NCBI RefSeq assembly: GCF_001194135.2
Contig: NC_068984.1
Span: 53,063,760-53,098,041 of the forward strand
Reading direction: 5' to 3'
Length of the DNA stretch: 34,282 nucleotides
Source: Octopus bimaculoides
Taxonomy: Eukaryota
In this document: piece by piece, positions 33,487-34,282 of the stretch
Layout: each line of letters opens with the position of its first letter
How positions within the stretch are numbered: position 1 is the first letter of the stretch
Position numbers and translations under genes: made by a program
The notes under the pieces: generated by a model
Seen by the model: only the letters and a program-made list of their open reading frames with translations
Database searches by the model: none
What the model was told of the DNA's origin: nothing

Positions 33487-34282
33487 AGCCCCCTCCTATT
33501 TATCATAGTCCTCCAGGCGATAACAGAGGAATTCAAGACAGGATGCCCCTGGGAGCTCCTCTATGCTGATGACCTTGCACTAATTGCTGAGTCACTATTA
33601 GAACTAGAGAAGTTTCAGGTGTGGAAGCAAGGACTAGAATCGAAGGGCCTTAGAGTCAACCTAGCTAAAACCAAAGTCCTAATAAGTAGGAAGGTAGACA
33701 AAACACAAACTCCTTCAGGTAGATGGCCCTACTCGATCTGTAGAAAAGGCGTAGGCAGAAAATCTATAAGATGCACCAAGTGCAAGCTTTGGACACATAA
33801 GAGGTGCAGCAATATCAAAGGAAGGTTAACTAGAAAGTTAGTTTTTGTATGTAACAGATGTTCAGGAGCAATAAACACTGTGAATGTGCAGAAACAACAT
33901 CTGCCACATTCCAAGGAGAAAAACTAGACGTAGTTGATAGCTTCCGTTATCTAGGTGACCAAGTTAGTAGTAGGGTAGGGTGCGCTGAAAGTGTAGCTGC
34001 TAGGATAAGAATAGCCTGGGCAAAGTTCAGAGAGCTCTTACCTCTGCTGGTGACAAAAGGTCTCTCTCAGAGTAAAAGGCAGACTGTATGACGCATGTGT
34101 ACAAACAGTCATGCTTCATGGCAGTGAAACATAGGCCGTGACTGTTGAAGACATGCGTTGGCTCGCAAGGAATGAAGCCAGTATGCTCCGATGGATGTGT
34201 AATGTCAGTGTGCATACTAGACAGAGCGTAAGTACCTTGAGAGAAATGTTGAAGCATCAGTTGTGGTGTGCATCAGTTGTGG
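33487..34282 (+). mobile_element. 5'-truncated RTE-type LINE ORF2 fragment (RT motif YADD, internal PHD-like finger, post-RT region), inactivated
   Basis: [36 protein letters not shown]...[11 protein letters not shown], Cys/His finger, then /[18 protein letters not shown]...RIRIAWAKFRELLPLL/LRVKGRLYDACV...MLHGSET*AV. Frameshifts near 33900 and 34065 and a TAG replacing Trp. Runs to the window end. Confidence 0.92.

Overview
AT-rich, repeat-dense animal genomic DNA with assembly gaps. The SINE, RTE-LINE and MITE repertoire points to an octopus/coleoid cephalopod (inference). The only host gene I can support is the 5' end of a prominin (CD133)-family gene on the minus strand. It has a CRE/GC-box/E-box promoter cluster near 31.8 kb and a probable non-coding exon 1. 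Its first coding exon (31005-30786) gives a signal peptide plus the prominin 'GMxxLFxMxxxFLxVIQP' motif. A 21-nt frame-preserving microexon (25909-25889) is followed by a Musashi-type GUAGUAGU motif, and a weaker 26-nt exon candidate lies at 2393-2368. I found no transmembrane-encoding exons, so the gene probably continues past position 1. The introns are filled with tRNA-derived SINEs, TTAA (piggyBac-type) and hAT MITEs, two foldback elements, a mariner 3' remnant, RTE-LINE fragments and a CRE-type restriction-like-endonuclease retrotransposon fossil. Nearly all other ORFs in the track are microsatellite, N-gap or transposon artefacts. All family assignments come from my recall of motifs; no database search was run.
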